Counted from the first letter of the stretch, positions 46,756 to 59,355 are shown. The stretch is DNA of 64,000 nt from Vicugna vicugna (GCA_013265495.1 MU059972.1:947915-1011914); one strand, 5' to 3'. Notes: a model not told the origin generated them from the letters alone. Made by a program: numbers and translations.

Positions 46756-48535
46756 TCACTTCACGTGCTCGGCCGCGTGCGAGGAGCAATAATACTTCTT
46801 GTGGGCGATGAAGGTGGACAGACTGCTGAACTTGATGTTGCACAGGCGGCAGTACCTGTGGTTGCCGTTGGGCACGGGGGCCGCTGACCCCTGGCTAGGG
46901 GTCTGCACACCCTTGTCCGAGTGGGAGGGGGGCGCCGGCACAGCTTCAGGGGACGGGGCCGGCGGCGGGCCGGGCCGTGGGCTGCCGGCGGGCGGCTCCC
47001 GCAGGTCCTGGCCGTTGAGGCCGTCGCGCTGGGCGGCGGGCGAGGGCGTCCGGGCCTCGGCGCCGGGGCCGGCCGGGGGCTTGCCCAGCAGCAGGCCGTG
47101 CGCCAGGCGGAAGTGCTCAATGAGGTCGCCGCGGACTACGCCGTTCGGGGGGCAGTAGGGGCACACGACGGCGGGCGGGTCCTCGGGGGAGGCGCGCAGG
47201 CGGCGCAGGGCGGCGGGGCACGAGAACTTCTTGTGCGCCAGGTAGGCCTCGAGGCTGTGGAAGCTCACGCGGCAGGCCGTGCACTCGTGGTAGTCGGCCA
47301 GGGCCGGCAGGCCCGGCGCGGGGCCCGGGGTGGCGGCGGCTGGCGTCTGGCGCCGCGGCTTTTTGCTCAGGTCGATGGGGCCTTCGGCGGGATCGGAGCA
47401 GCTTCCACCTCCACCTCCGCCTCCACTTCCGCTTCCGGGCCGCGGCGCGGGCGCGGCGGGCGACGTGGGGGCGGGGCCGGGCGGCGTGGAGGAGGGGCCG
47501 GGCGCAGCGGGAGGGAGGCGGGGCCGGCCGGCGACGGGGCGGGGCCGGCCGCGTGCAGCTCGTAGAGCTTGCGGCGCCTGCGCGTGCGCACCGGCGGCGC
47601 GGCGGGCGCGGGGGACCCGGGGGTTCCAGCAGGTGCCGGCCGGCGCGGCGGTGGGTCGTGGCGCGAGGCGCAGTAGTAGCGCTTATGCACCGTGTAGGTC
47701 TCGTGGCGGCTGAATCGGATGTTGCAGGCCTCGCACAGCGTCCGGCGGGGGTCGTCGTCCTCGTCCGCCCCGCTGCCCGGGCTCGGGCTGCCTTCGCTGC
47801 CCCGGCCGCAGGCCTCGGCCTCGGCCTCGGGCGTGACCGCGCTCCTGGCCTCGTCCTCGCGCGTCCCGGGGCCCGGCGACGAGCACGGTGCGTCGGCCTC
47901 GGCAGGCGGCGGGGCTGGGGGCGCGCGCGGCGGGGCGGGGGCCGCCTTGGGCCTGCGGGCGGGGGGCCCGTCGTCGGGCGGGCGGCGGCCGGAGCAGTAG
48001 AGGCGCTTGTGCACGTAAAAGTTGTTGATGTTGTTGAAGGTGATGTCGCACTCGAAGCACGTGGCGCCCTTGGGAGCCCCCGCGAAGAGGCCAGCCGGAG
48101 CGCCCACCCCCGCGCCCGCCTGCAGCCGGCTGTGCACCAGCTCAGACATCTTGGCCAGGATCTCGGAGGCCGGGGGCGCCGCGGGCAACTGCGGCAGAAA
48201 GAGCGCGCCGGGCCCCGGGCTGGAGCCGGGTGTGGGGCTGGACAGCTCCGCCTTGACGCGCACCGGGCTGGGGCTGGGCGGCGATGGCGTGCGCGACGTG
48301 GCCGGGGGCCCTGGCTCCGCCTCGGGCTCTTCTGCCGCCTCCACCTTGATGCTCCTGGGGGTCGCGGGGGGCTCGCCGCTGCTCCCGTTCTGGGGGGCCG
48401 CTCTGGCCTCTCCGTTGGTGGCCTCGGCCAGCGCCTTCCTGTCCAGTCCAGGCGATGGGGCAGTAGCCAGGCCCAGGTCAGCAGAGGCCAAAGGACTGTG
48501 CAATGCCGTGTGCTGCTGGAAGCCGGCCAGGCTGT
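46756..48535 (-). CDS. ZFPM1: ZFPM1 (FOG1) last exon, with an apparent 1-nt frameshift near 47460-47545
   Basis: ctgcag|AC AGC: DSLAGFQQH...[15 protein letters not shown]...[22 protein letters not shown]...[22 protein letters not shown]...RRRRKLYEL, then in a second frame [10 protein letters not shown]...[22 protein letters not shown]...[34 protein letters not shown] at 46756-46758. Confidence 0.95.
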
Positions 48536-48734
48536 CTGCAGGAAGACCCCAGGGGCCACACTTCAGGGCTGGAGCAGGACCTGCCTGGGCCAGACCTGAG
48601 GGCGGGGGAGGGCAGGAAGGGATTGCTGCGCTGGGCAAAGGCTGTGGCTGCCAAGGCCGAGACTGACACCAACCCCCTCTCACGGACTAGCCTGCCTCCC
48701 CCTCCCCGGTCCTCAGGGGGCCCCCGGGGCTCAC

Positions 48735-48881
48735 CTGGGGGGAGCTTGGCAGTGGGGTGCCCGGCCCCTGGTGAGTAGATCTCAGCCTTAGAGCCCGGCT
48801 GGCAGACCATGTGGTTGGTCACCAGGTGGCTGTAGAGGATGTCCCTTGTGGTGGAGATGAAGCCACAGCTGTGACAGACCC
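48735..48881 (-). CDS. ZFPM1: ZFPM1 exon, 147 nt
   Basis: ctgcag|GG GTC TGT: GVCHSCGFISTTRDILYSHLVTNHMVCQPGSKAEIYSPGAGHPTAKLPP, then G|gtgagc. Confidence 0.96.
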
Positions 48882-48966
48882 CTGCAGGCAGGCTGTGGTA
48901 TCAGGACCCTGGGTGGGTGGGCCCCAGAGACGCCCCCTGTCTGACCCCTTCCTGGCTCCCACCTAC

Positions 48967-49062
48967 CGGTCAGTGTGTCTGTGTGCACCTTGAGGTGCCG
49001 CTCACAGTTGGCCTTGGTGGTGAAGGCAGATAGGCAGATGAGACACACGAAGGGGCGCTCTC
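48967..49062 (-). CDS. ZFPM1: ZFPM1 exon, 96 nt (C2H2 finger)
   Basis: ttccag|GA GAG: GERPFVCLICLSAFTTKANCERHLKVHTDTLT, then G|gtaggt. Confidence 0.96.
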
Positions 49063-49337
49063 CTGGAACACAGGGCCCATTGAGGGGGTGGGTCCCAAGC
49101 CCAGCTGGCCGGGGGCCGCGGCAGGCCATGCGGAGGGCCCTAAACTCAGCCTCCTTGGCCCTTGTTCCCAGGATCTGGCAGGGGCCCAGCCCCAAGCTGG
49201 CTGTCCAGGTGGTTGCGGATGGGCCAGGTGCCCTGGGCAGGTGGGAGGACCCCCTCCCAGCACATCCCCGGCTGGTGGGCAACCCCGGGACAGGTGTGTC
49301 GAGCCCACATGGTTTTGGTGGGGGTGTGGGGCCTCAC

Positions 49338-49571
49338 CGCTGTGGCTACGCATGTGGATCTCCAGGGAGCTGGCACTGGGACAGCTTTTGCGACATTGGG
49401 GGAAGGGGCAGATGCGCTCGTTGGGGTAAGTCTCCTTGGGCTTCTCGTCGGGGACGGCTGTGGCGGGGGATCCGGAGCCCGGGCGGCTGGCACAGTAGTA
49501 GAGGAGGTGGGCCTGCAAGTTCCGCTCGCTCCGGTACCAGATGCCGCAGTCCTTGCAGGGGAAGACGTCTT
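49338..49571 (-). CDS. ZFPM1: ZFPM1 exon, 234 nt (CCHC finger 1 and C2H2 finger 2)
   Basis: ccacag|AA GAC: KDVFPCKDCGIWYRSERNLQAHLLYYCASR...CPFPQCRKSCPSASSLEIHMRSHS, then G|gtgagg. Confidence 0.97.
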
Positions 49572-51289
49572 CTGTGGGGGCGAGAGGCAGGCATAGCCTG
49601 AAGGGGGCACCCTGGCAGCAGAGGCGGCTGCCTACGACCAGGGGCAGGGCAGTGGGCCCCCTGCAACACGAGGGCTGTGTCTTCTCCCTTATCCCTGGAT
49701 AGCCCTGCATTCCCTCTCTAGGATGCCACGGGGACAGGTGGGTGGGGTCTGAGCAGCCCCTAGGCTGGCCCCCATGCTGTCTCCCCACAGGCTTTGTGGG
49801 GTGCCCACAGAAGGACACACTAGTGGACGCCCAGGGGAACGAGGCTGGGGTCCATGTCGTGATTCTCTATGACCGGGTCAAGGTGAGCGTGTGCACGTGA
49901 ACGTGCACTGGCCGTGGATGTGAGGGATGGCGTGGAGCTGGCTGCCTGTGGAGAAGACAAGCGTGTGCACACGAAACGGCGTATGGGTGGCCAGGTGCAC
50001 GTGTCCCCAAGTCCTGGGGCAGGAGGATAGGAGGTGAACGTGGCTCTGGGCAGGCAGAGGATGGAGAGCCTCCCTGAGCCCCCTTACGCCTGATGGCTCC
50101 TTGTGTTACTGATAAGGGTCAACATTTGCTGAATGGAGCACATTTGCCCAAGCGGGCTGCCTCTGACTTTTCAGTTTACAGGATTTAGGGTTGCGGGGTC
50201 AGATTGCCAGAGGTGAGGATTTCTCTGATGGGGGCTCACTCGCCCTCTGGTTCTCAGCAGAAGGCTAAAGGATGCTCTGTTGTCTGCCCCTGCTCCGTGG
50301 GGCTGAACCCAGGGCCTGCAGAGGCCTCGCCCTGTGTCTTGACCTTGACGTGGACTTGGGCCTGGGACTCCTTAATTGTGTTCTAACTTATGCAGGTTCT
50401 CATCCCGCTGGTCCGCAGTTACTCAAGGGGTGGTCCTCCTCCACTGGGGGGCTGCCAGGTCTCCGGCTTCTGCCTCCTTCAAGGAGCCTAGTACCTGTCT
50501 GTCAGGTGAGGTGGCCACCCCTCACGCTCCTCTGCCTGCTGTTTTTCTGGCTCAGACCTCCCCTACTGTGTTGTTTACTTCTGGTTTTCAAGTTCCCTTT
50601 TATTTGAGGGCCTCGAGGCAGCTCTGTTCTCTACCAGCTGAGGCCTTGAGGTGGGATCTGGATCCCAGGGGCCAGTGGGGGGTTTCTGTTCATAGCTGCG
50701 AGGTCAGCGCTGCAGCCAGCAGCACAGGGCGGGGCCCGGAGCCTCAGCTGCAGGCCTGAAACTTAAGATGCCACGGTCCCACCCGCCCTGAGCTGACCTC
50801 AGGCTGACCACCGGCTAGGGCCTGGGGTCCTGCACGGACGCCGTGAGGTTGGTATTACCTTTACTCCTTTCACGGGGAGAAAACTCAGGCCCAGAGTGGT
50901 GGTGTGTCAGGAGTTAACCTGGGTCTGATCAAGCTGATTAACTAAGCTTGAGGGTCTTAAGGCCCTTCTGGGCCACCAGTTGGGGCGGCCCCATGCGGGT
51001 TAGGGGTCAATGTCAACAAGACGTCTAGCCCACGAGGACTTCTCAGGTGAAACGCTCTTGGGATGTTGTGGCTCCGAAGTCTCAGACAAAGGGGAGGGAA
51101 CTTAAGGCCCGGTGAGGCTGCTGGGGCCGGGGCTCCCGGCAGCCCCCAGATGGGCGTGGGGGCAGCCGCCACGGGTGGCCTGAGACACCCTTCTGTCTGC
51201 GCTTGTCCCCACCCCCTTCCATTTCGGCTGCAACTGTTTGGGTCATGGTAGCCTCCATGCTGACCAGTCCAGGGGTCACATCTCTGCCC

Positions 51290-52060
51290 TTGGTGTCTAC
51301 ACAGCTGGGCTATGGCAGACTCCTCCCTCAGCTCCCAGATCTGGTGTCTGCAGGTCCCGTCTCTCTGGGGGCCTTGTCCTGCCCAGAGCTGCCCTGGCTC
51401 TGACTGCACTCTGAGCCACAGCACATGTCTCCAGTCGCTGCCTGGGCTCCGCTCTAGTGCCTGGCAGGCGTCTCGGGTCAGAAGGTCGGAGCAGGCTCTC
51501 CCTGACTTCCTGCCAGCGACAGGATGGACCAGTGTCCACTCGCACAGCTATGCCAAAGCCCTGGGCCTCGTGTTGCTGCCCCCGCCCCCCAGTGAAGCCC
51601 TGTTGGCTCCAGTGCCCCTCTGGCCTCTGCCTTGGTGCCCCCACCTGGTTCAAGCCGTCATCACATTTGACTTGCTTCAAAAGGTCACTTTTCTTCCAAT
51701 TTTGCAACCCTATGGTCACCACCTAGCAGCTGGGCGATACTAAAACTAAACCGGATCATACCCTTTGCTGCTTGAAAACCCTTGGTGGGGTCATTTCTCT
51801 GAGAAGTCCCAGCCCTGGCTGGTCTGCCCTGGCCACAGTGACCACTGTGCAGGACCTGGCATGCAGATCTCAGCTGGCTGTCCTGTCCAGTGGCTTTCCT
51901 GAGCACCCGACTGAAGTACCCCTGGCCACTGCCCACGGTGATAGATGGAGCCATACCTGCTCCTGCCTCTGCACCTCGGGGACCCAGGGCCTCACCACCT
52001 GGTTGAATATGCACATTACACAATTTTTGGGGAACAAGCGAGTTCTGTCTGATTCTCAGA
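51290..52060. mobile_element. L2 LINE 3' region remnant
   Basis: CTAAAACTAAACCGGATCATACCCTTTGCTGCTTGAAAACCCTTGGTGG... and a terminal GAATATGCACATTACACAATTTTTGG resemble the L2 3' end. Confidence 0.5.
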
Positions 52061-52491
52061 CCCGCTGAGGCTCCTTGTGAGTGAGTCCCCACCCCAGCTG
52101 TCCACCCCCCACCCCTGGTGGCTTTGCCCCAGGGGCACTTGGCCCGTGCTTCACACCTCATAGGTGGAGGTGGCACTGGTGTCTAGTGGATGAGGGCAGG
52201 GCTGCTCTGGGCACCCCCATGGTGCGTGTGTCAGACATCGAGATGAGAAACCTGCTTCCCACCCTCCCCGGGAGCACCGGGCAGCCGTGTGCTGGGCCTT
52301 CCCCTGCATCCTGCCCCGGCAATGTGCGCAGACCGACCATATGGCCCCTCCTGGGGCCCCCACATCTCTGTTCAGGTCCCAGTGGTGACAGATCTTTGCA
52401 GATCCTGAGCTGGGTACCCCCTGCAGCCCTGTGCCTGGGCTGTACTGGCCCCCCGGGAGCGGAGGTGGGGGAGACACGGCAGGTTACTCAC

Positions 52492-52701
52492 TGTTGACGA
52501 CCGCCGTGGCGAGGATGGACGCCATGCCGGCCTGCTGGGGCAGGAGCTGGATGTCGGTGTGGGAGGGGGCCGGGCCCTCGGGCTCCGCGGGTTCCTTCTT
52601 CACAGGGTGGCTGGGGGCTCCGTGGGGCTCAGCCATGAGGCGCACACACAACTGCCCACCTGCTGGCACCGGCTTGGTGACCCTGCACCAGAGAGCTTCA
52701 C
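52492..52701 (-). CDS. ZFPM1: ZFPM1 exon, 210 nt
   Basis: ccacag|GT GAA: GEALWCRVTKPVPAGGQLCVRLMAEPHGAPSHPVKKEPAEP...QLLPQQAGMASILATAVVN, then A|gtgagt. Confidence 0.95.
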
Positions 52702-54545
52702 CTGTGGCGTAAGGGCATCCGTGATGGAACAGCCACTAGCACCAGCCACCACTGCCACTCATCTGCGAAGACCCCCCACCCAACCATCCATCTACCCTCT
52801 GGAACCCCTCCACACTGCCTCACCTTAGAGATAAGGGTTTTGAAGGCTGGCGTGGGGGACGGGCCAGGGAGAGGCCACACCTGGGTTTGCAGCTGTGGCC
52901 CGCTGGTGTCCATGGTGCACCCTGCGGCAACTAGGTGGTTCCTCGGGCCTGCTTGCCTTGTGCCCATCTGAGCAGGAGGGCCCTTTTCCAGGAGAGGGGC
53001 TGCAGAGCGGCTAGGGAGGGCCTAGTAGCCGCTTGCCTGGCCTTAGAAGGGCCTCCCCACTCCTTGCATCTCAGCTGGCGTGGCTGTTCCCAAGGCGGCC
53101 TGCAGAGGGCAGCCTTGGCCAACAGGACCCAGGCTGAACTGCCCACAGGTCCGTCCACCTCCAGTGTCCAGCACCGAGGCTGCCAGGAGACTTCCCCGAG
53201 AGGTGCAGGCCTCGCCTGGGCACTGCAGGGACCCTCGTCCTGGCTGGTTAGGTGAGCCTCACTGGCCAGGCCAGAACACTGACTGGGCCACGTCCCAGCC
53301 AGGCGGACAGACCCCCCCCAGCTGATGACCTGCTGCCAACGTCAGGCCCTGCAGTACCTTCTGGCTGCTCTCCGGGTCCTTAGAGCACCCCTCGGTGAGG
53401 AGGAGGGGCCGGGGTCCTCTCCCCTACGGAGGGAGAGACAGGCACATGGGCGCCATGCTGGCCCAGGCCTCTGGGGGCGATGGCAGGGCAGGTGGGAAGC
53501 CCGGGTCCTGGCTGTGCACCCGCAGCGTGCCAGGATGTAGGCCCCCAGATGGGAGGGGTGGGTGTTGGAGCAGCAGCCTAGCTTGGCTCCCTCCCACCCT
53601 AGTTGCCTTTGGCTTTGTCCCAAAACAAGAATGCCCCAGGACACTTGGCCCAATGTGCTTGCGAGGAGATGGTGAGGGTGGTGCCCCTAGAACATCCCCT
53701 GAAAATGGAGCCCCCACAGGGGAGTGAGGAGGACTTCCTGTGGGCAGTGGGCACACGGCCCTCCCAGGTGCCCACACTGCAGGGCATGCCCCCTGCTTGG
53801 CTGTAGAAGCTATCATGGGTCTGTCTACATCCTCCCCTGGGCCCTGAGCCTCCTTGTCTGTAGTTGGGGGGTCCCTGTAGCCCTGACACCCTGGTCCTCA
53901 CATGCTGGGAAGGCCATGCTGTGATTTCCTCAGGAGTCAAACCACTGCCTTGGTGTGGACACTGCCCCTGTCCCCATCTGTGTGGCTTAAGCTCTCAACT
54001 GAGGAGGTGAGGGGTGGTGAGGACCCCTCTGCTCTCCCTCCTCCCTCCTGGAAGGTGCAGGGATGCAGTGGGGACGTGGGGACATAAGGACATGGGGACG
54101 TAGGGGCAGGAGGGCCCAGCTGAATGCCCTGGGCCTGACCAGCTCTTTCCTAGGCCTCGTGAAATGCCCTGAAAGGTGCAGGGACCTGTCCTGGGCCCCA
54201 TAGCCAGATTTGAACATGGCCCTCCTGATCACTCCCTGAGGGGCCAGACTATACCCCCAGCCTAGCCCGCCAGACCCCACCAGCCTGGGTTCCTCGGTGC
54301 CCTGGGGAGTCTCCCAGAGGCCCTGAGGGCAGACTGGCTTCCTCGGATGCCTGTCCCCCCCTCCCGTGGGCAGATGTCCATCCAGCCCCAGACTGGCATT
54401 GATCAGGGCCCTGGGGGAGTGCTGGCTATGGGAGCCAGCCCCTCAACTCAGCCCGGACAGGCCACTTTCTCTTTAAGGGCCACCCCAGGGACAGCCAGCG
54501 CCCCCCACATTCCGGAAGGCCATGAGGAAGCGCCAGGATACCAAC

Positions 54546-54648
54546 CCTTCCTGTGGATCTCTGAGTTGGCTTCGGCCTCTGTCAGGGCACGGGGCAGCTT
54601 CTTCAGCCAGCAGGTCTCATCCTCCAGCAGCAGGGTCAGGGCCGGGCT
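54546..54648 (-). CDS. ZFPM1: ZFPM1 exon, 103 nt (PR/SET-like region)
   Basis: ccccag|AGC CCG: SPALTLLLEDETCWLKKLPRALTEAEANSEIHRK, then G|gttggt. Confidence 0.93.
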
Positions 54649-54839
54649 CTGGGGGACGGGGGGGGGGGGCAGTCAGCAAGGACTCAGTCGTGCCCTTGGA
54701 ACACAGCAGGGAAGTGGGGGTCCATGTGGGGGAAGCCTGAGGGCCTGCCTGGTGGGGTGGCCAGTCCAGGCTGCAGGCCTGAGTCTTGTCAGGCACTGTG
54801 CTGGCAACAGAAGCCAGGGTGTCTTCCACGGATTAAGTG

Positions 54840-54950
54840 CTCGGTTCTCATGGAGCTTAAGGCCCAGAGAGGTCAAGCAGCTTGCCTGAGGTCACACAGC
54901 CAGTGAGCAGCAGAGGGGATTTGCACCCAGATCTCTCTTCGCTCCTTGCT
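54840..54950 (-). mobile_element. MIR SINE core
   Basis: AAGGCCCAGAGAGGTCAAGCAGCTTGCCTGAGGTCACACAGCCAGTGAGCAGCAGAGGGGATTTGCACCCAG. Confidence 0.75.
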
Positions 54951-56759
54951 GCCCTGTCCCTGGTGGGCCGCTCGGTGCTGTGGTGCAGCCCATGGGGTGC
55001 CCGGACCTGGGCAGGGCACAGGCTCCTCCCACACACACCCCTAGAAGCCCCTAGAATGAACTCTGTGGGTTGCAGCCAGGATCAGCCCAGATGGGTACTT
55101 GCATGTCCTCCCCAACAGTGCGGCCCCTCTCCCTGCTGCAGGTCCCCCTTTGTCCAATGCATCCTGGGGCTGGCGCACCTCAAGGAACACCTGCCTGGGC
55201 CCAGCAGTCCTCTGAGGTCCCCAGAATCAGCATCTGGCCTCCCTGTGACTCCCAAGACCCGTGTTCGCATGCAGGGTCAGCCCCTCACCCACCTGCCTCG
55301 CTGGTGGCCTGGAAAGTGGGCAGTGTCCTCCCATCTCACAGGTGAGGAGGCTGAGGGGAGAGGGGCAGCTCCCTTGGGGTTGCTGGAAGAACGTGGAGGG
55401 CGGTGGCCTGATTTCCGGATCCCTGGCCCCCACCAGGCAGCAGAGGAAACACGCCCCCTGTCCCAACATAGCCTGGTGCTGGGAGGGGGCCAGCCCTCGT
55501 CACATCAAGGGGACGAGGCACAGAGCCTGGCCCTGTGTGGCCCCAGGAGTTTGGGGTGACCACTGCCACCCCTCAGGCCCAGCCCCAGGGCTGGATGGGT
55601 TCTGGATGGCGCCTCTGCCTGGAGGTCCCCACCCTCAGCTGCTGGGCACTGTGGGAAGGCACAGTGCGTTCGTGTCCGAGTATTTTTTTTGTTTTAAGCA
55701 AATAAATGCCTTTTATTCAAACCTTGTATATCAGGGACTCTAACAGAAGAGCCACGGTCACTTGGGGTCACCTAGGGGGGCGAGAGTTGTGCACCCCAGG
55801 GACACACGTGGCAGTCAGCCAGGACGCTACCATGGTGGGTCGGCTGGGGCAGGCAGTATGTTTCAGGGCGCTCTCTGATGGGTCCAGTCCAAGCCCATGG
55901 CGTTACTGGGTTTTGCCTGCAGGGAGCATGTGGGCTCCAGAGCCAGGCATCAGCTCCAGCCCAGGCTTGGCCTCCCTGACTGTGACTTTGGGTAGGGCAC
56001 TGCCCCTTGACCTGCAGCGGCCTCAGTGCTCCCTGTGTCCTGTCCTCATCCCGTGGCAGACTGGGGCACCCTGGCCAGCGGACCAGCTGCACAGCTCGGT
56101 CACGGATCGGTCAAGTGGAGAAGAGCCAACAAGGGGGTCGTGGGAGCAGAGCCCTGTGGTGCCAGCACCGTGCCTGCCTCCCTGCCCTCCGCATCTCTGC
56201 ACACAGTGATGCCCCAAGCCTGTGTGCTCCCTCGAATGTCCTGGAGCTGCCACTTGCTCCTGGGGGAGGTCATGTCCCTCTCCGTGACTCAGTTTCCCCC
56301 AGGGCACTGAGAGGTAGCAATCTGGGTGAAGCCATGCCTTTGATCTGTGCCCACCTGGCACATGACCTGCACAAGAGAAACAGGAGTTTCGTCCCCTCGC
56401 TTCTCCACTCCCTTTGGCCAGCAGAAAACAGAGGGCAGTGGCTGTGTCTTTGGGCCCAGGAGGCTGGTGTCCACTGGGGCACCAGGCCAGCCATCGCCAG
56501 ATGTCCACTTGGGACAAGCGTCTCCACCAAGGAGGCTGCACGGGGCAGGCTGGTGGCTGGTGGCACCTGCTTTCACAGACAGCCGGTGATTCTGACAGCT
56601 GCAGAGCTGGGGGTCCTCACCAGCTGGGGACAAGCCGGGGGCCAAAGTGGAACCAGCAAGGCTGGTGCAGCAGCCAGTGACCAGTGGCTCCCCCAACCCT
56701 GCTGGCCGGGGTAGCCGACCAGCAGCTCTCAGCCAGGCAGAGGTGGGGGCCTCCCCGAG

Positions 56760-57010
56760 TCCCTAATGAATATTAATGAGTGGAGGAGAGAGAAAAAAAT
56801 TAATCTGCCTGATCCTCCGATGGGTGCTGCGGTAACGATATGAAATCTAATTATTCGTCCCAATATTTCTAAACCCTCAAACCGAGACTGACAGCCTCCC
56901 GGTCGGTTTAATGCTTATCACTCCCGGGAGCGGCCTGTTCGCGGCGTGATAAAAGCGCCCGCGCACAGCACTGCTGACGCTGCAGAACCCCTCGTCTCCG
57001 CGCACGCCCG
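56760..57010. promoter_or_regulatory. Candidate intronic enhancer (homeodomain, MEIS and paired GATA sites)
   Basis: AT-rich island in GC-rich surroundings. Several TAAT/ATTA, TGACAG 56889-56894, TTATCA 56915-56920, TGATAA 56947-56952, then a CpG-rich stretch. Confidence 0.55.
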
Positions 57011-58976
57011 CCTGAGCGCAGGGGAGACGGCCGGCCGCGCTCCCCCAGCTCTGTGCCTCCTGCCGGGAACGACCCGTCGCCGGGGGGTTGCCCCGGGCAG
57101 GCGGGCTGGGTGCCTGTGAGGACAGCTGAGGAGGAGGGGACGTGGGGACCTGGGGGGGCTTGCACCCTGCACCCTGGGCAGGAAACAGGAGATCCAGGCT
57201 TCGACGCCTTAGCCCTTCACCCTCGTTCCCTCAGCCCTGAACACTGGGAGGGGCCTCCCCCTCCCACTTAAAAGGGGAAGGCTGAGACCACCATCTCCAG
57301 CCTCCCAACCTGCGCTTGGCTCTAGGGGTGCAGGGGCCAGCACCCCACAGGGAGGGGAGCCGGCCCCGCCCAGCCTGCCGCTGCCCTGTCCCCGGGGCGC
57401 AGCACGCACAAGCCAGCTCTGGTCCTGGGCAGCTGGACCACAATGCGTCGGGCTGCTGCAGCCCACCCCCTGCCCCAGGAGCCTGCCTGGGGACCGAGGG
57501 CAGATTTCAGACTCTGCTCCCCTGGTGGAGAGGCTGCCAAGTTATTTACTTTCTCCCCTGCCCAGCCCCAGTACCGAGCAGCCCTGGAACAGAAGCCCTG
57601 TTCTCTGGTGCTGGAGGCGCCAGGCCAAGGTGGGCCCCCTTCCCGGCTCTGCCATGGGCAGCGGGGTGCGAGCCTGGCCCTTCTGCCGAAACTATTAAAG
57701 ATGTGTGGCCGCCAGGCACCTTTCCTCCATGGTGCCCCCCAGGCTCATGGCCGGTCTGGGTCCAGCTTGCCCTGGACAGGCCATGTCCAGGCTCGGTAAG
57801 AAACTCGGCTGCCTGCCTGGCCTGCAGCACTTGGGGTCGCCGTCCCTCCCGACTGCAGGCAGCCCCACCCAGCCCTGGGGTAGCAGGCGGGCACTTTAAA
57901 TTCTCTGGGTGCATCTGAGAACCCTTGTTGTTCCCCCAACAAAGAGGTCAGTGTCTGGATTCTGTGCCTGCCGATAACCATCAGAAACCCTATCTCCGCC
58001 GCATCCGCTGTGACAGCCGCATCTGAGGCTGTTCCCAAACTCTGTTGTGCGTTGCACGAAGCAGCATCGCAGGGAGAGGGTGGCCCAGGGCGCCAGACAG
58101 CCCTGCAGAAGCCCTCCCCCAGGTCACTGCAGGCACGTCCACAAGAGGTCAGGACTGGGGCTGGGGCGGGCTCTGATCCGGGCCCCACCCATCTGTCCGT
58201 CAGCCCATCCTGAGACGCCCCCACCTGCTTCCCACTGACCATTGCGGGAGACAACCACCCCCGCCCCATCTCCCTGAGACCCTGTGAAGAACCCATTTCC
58301 CAGGCAAGGAGACTGAGGCCCACAGAGGTGGTGACACCCAAGGCCACTGGAAGCGGCTGCATGCCCACAGGCCGAGAAGCCAGGCCTGAGAGACCTTTGC
58401 TGCATCTCTGCAGACTCCCTGTTCCCTCCATCCACTCATTCATGCATTCATTCCCTCCCTCATTTGGTGAACAGCCCCGAGGGCCTGCTGTGTGCCAGCT
58501 GCGGGGGCAGTGTGAACAGAACGTGGGCAGAGCTGTGTGGACAGTGGGGCGTGAGGACACCCGGGGAGGACGTGGCCCCAGCCCCTTTCCCTTGGCTCAA
58601 AGCAGGGGCCACCGAAGGATGGGCCTCCTCAGTTCTCAGCTGGGGTCTTTCTGGAGTGGACTCCGGGACCCCAAGAGGCCAGTCTGAGTTGACGCTGTGG
58701 CCAGAGCCCCTCCACACCCGCAGGGCCTCCTCAATCCTGCGGCACCCCAGCCCCTCCGGCTGCAGGGAGGAGACAGGTGTGGACAGGAAGGGGGCCAGGG
58801 ACCCAGGGAGGCCAGTGGCGGGTCTCCTGTCTGGGGCTTGTCCCCAGGAGGGAGTCCACCTCTCAGAGAGCCCCATGCTACCCTCTTCTTGGCCATGGGG
58901 CTCCAGCCAAGCCCAGACCTGACCATCCCCCAGGGACTGACCTCGGCTGGGCCTGGCCCTGCACACCTGTTAGCTC

Positions 58977-59355
58977 TGCAGAGCGGGCTGAACGTGTCCC
59001 ACAAAGATGTGTCCACCTGGAGCCTGGGAATGTGACCGTGTTTGCAAAAAGTCTTTGCAGGTGTGATTAAATGAAGGCTAAGCCAGGTGAAACCACCCCG
59101 GGTAGCCAGGTGGGCACTGAATCCAATGACAAGTGTCCTGAGAGGAGGGGGAACACAGGCAGAGGCTGGACTGATTCGTCTCCAAGCCAAGGAGCCCCAA
59201 GGATCACCAGGGCCCAGAAGCCGGACACAGGCCTGGAACGCAATGTCCCCCGGAGACCCCAGGAGGAGCCACTCTGCCAATACCAGGACTAGGAGAATGT
59301 GACTGCGTCAGATGCCCATGTGGGGTCCTCTGTGTCAGCAGCCATACGTGCTAGC
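58977..59355 (+). mobile_element. MaLR (MLT1-type) solo LTR
   Basis: CTGAACGTGTCCCACAAAGATGTGTCC...GAATGTGACCGTGTTTGCAAAAAGTCTTTGCAGGTGTGATTAA...GAATCCAATGACAAGTGTCCT...CAAGCCAAGGAGCCCCAAGGAT...GCAGCC. Confidence 0.75.

Noticed and set aside
46921-48666. Long antisense and alternative-frame ORFs over the ZFPM1 last exon (348 aa, 480 aa and others)
   Set aside because: Shadows of an extremely GC-rich coding exon. Only the FOG1 frames carry conserved motifs.
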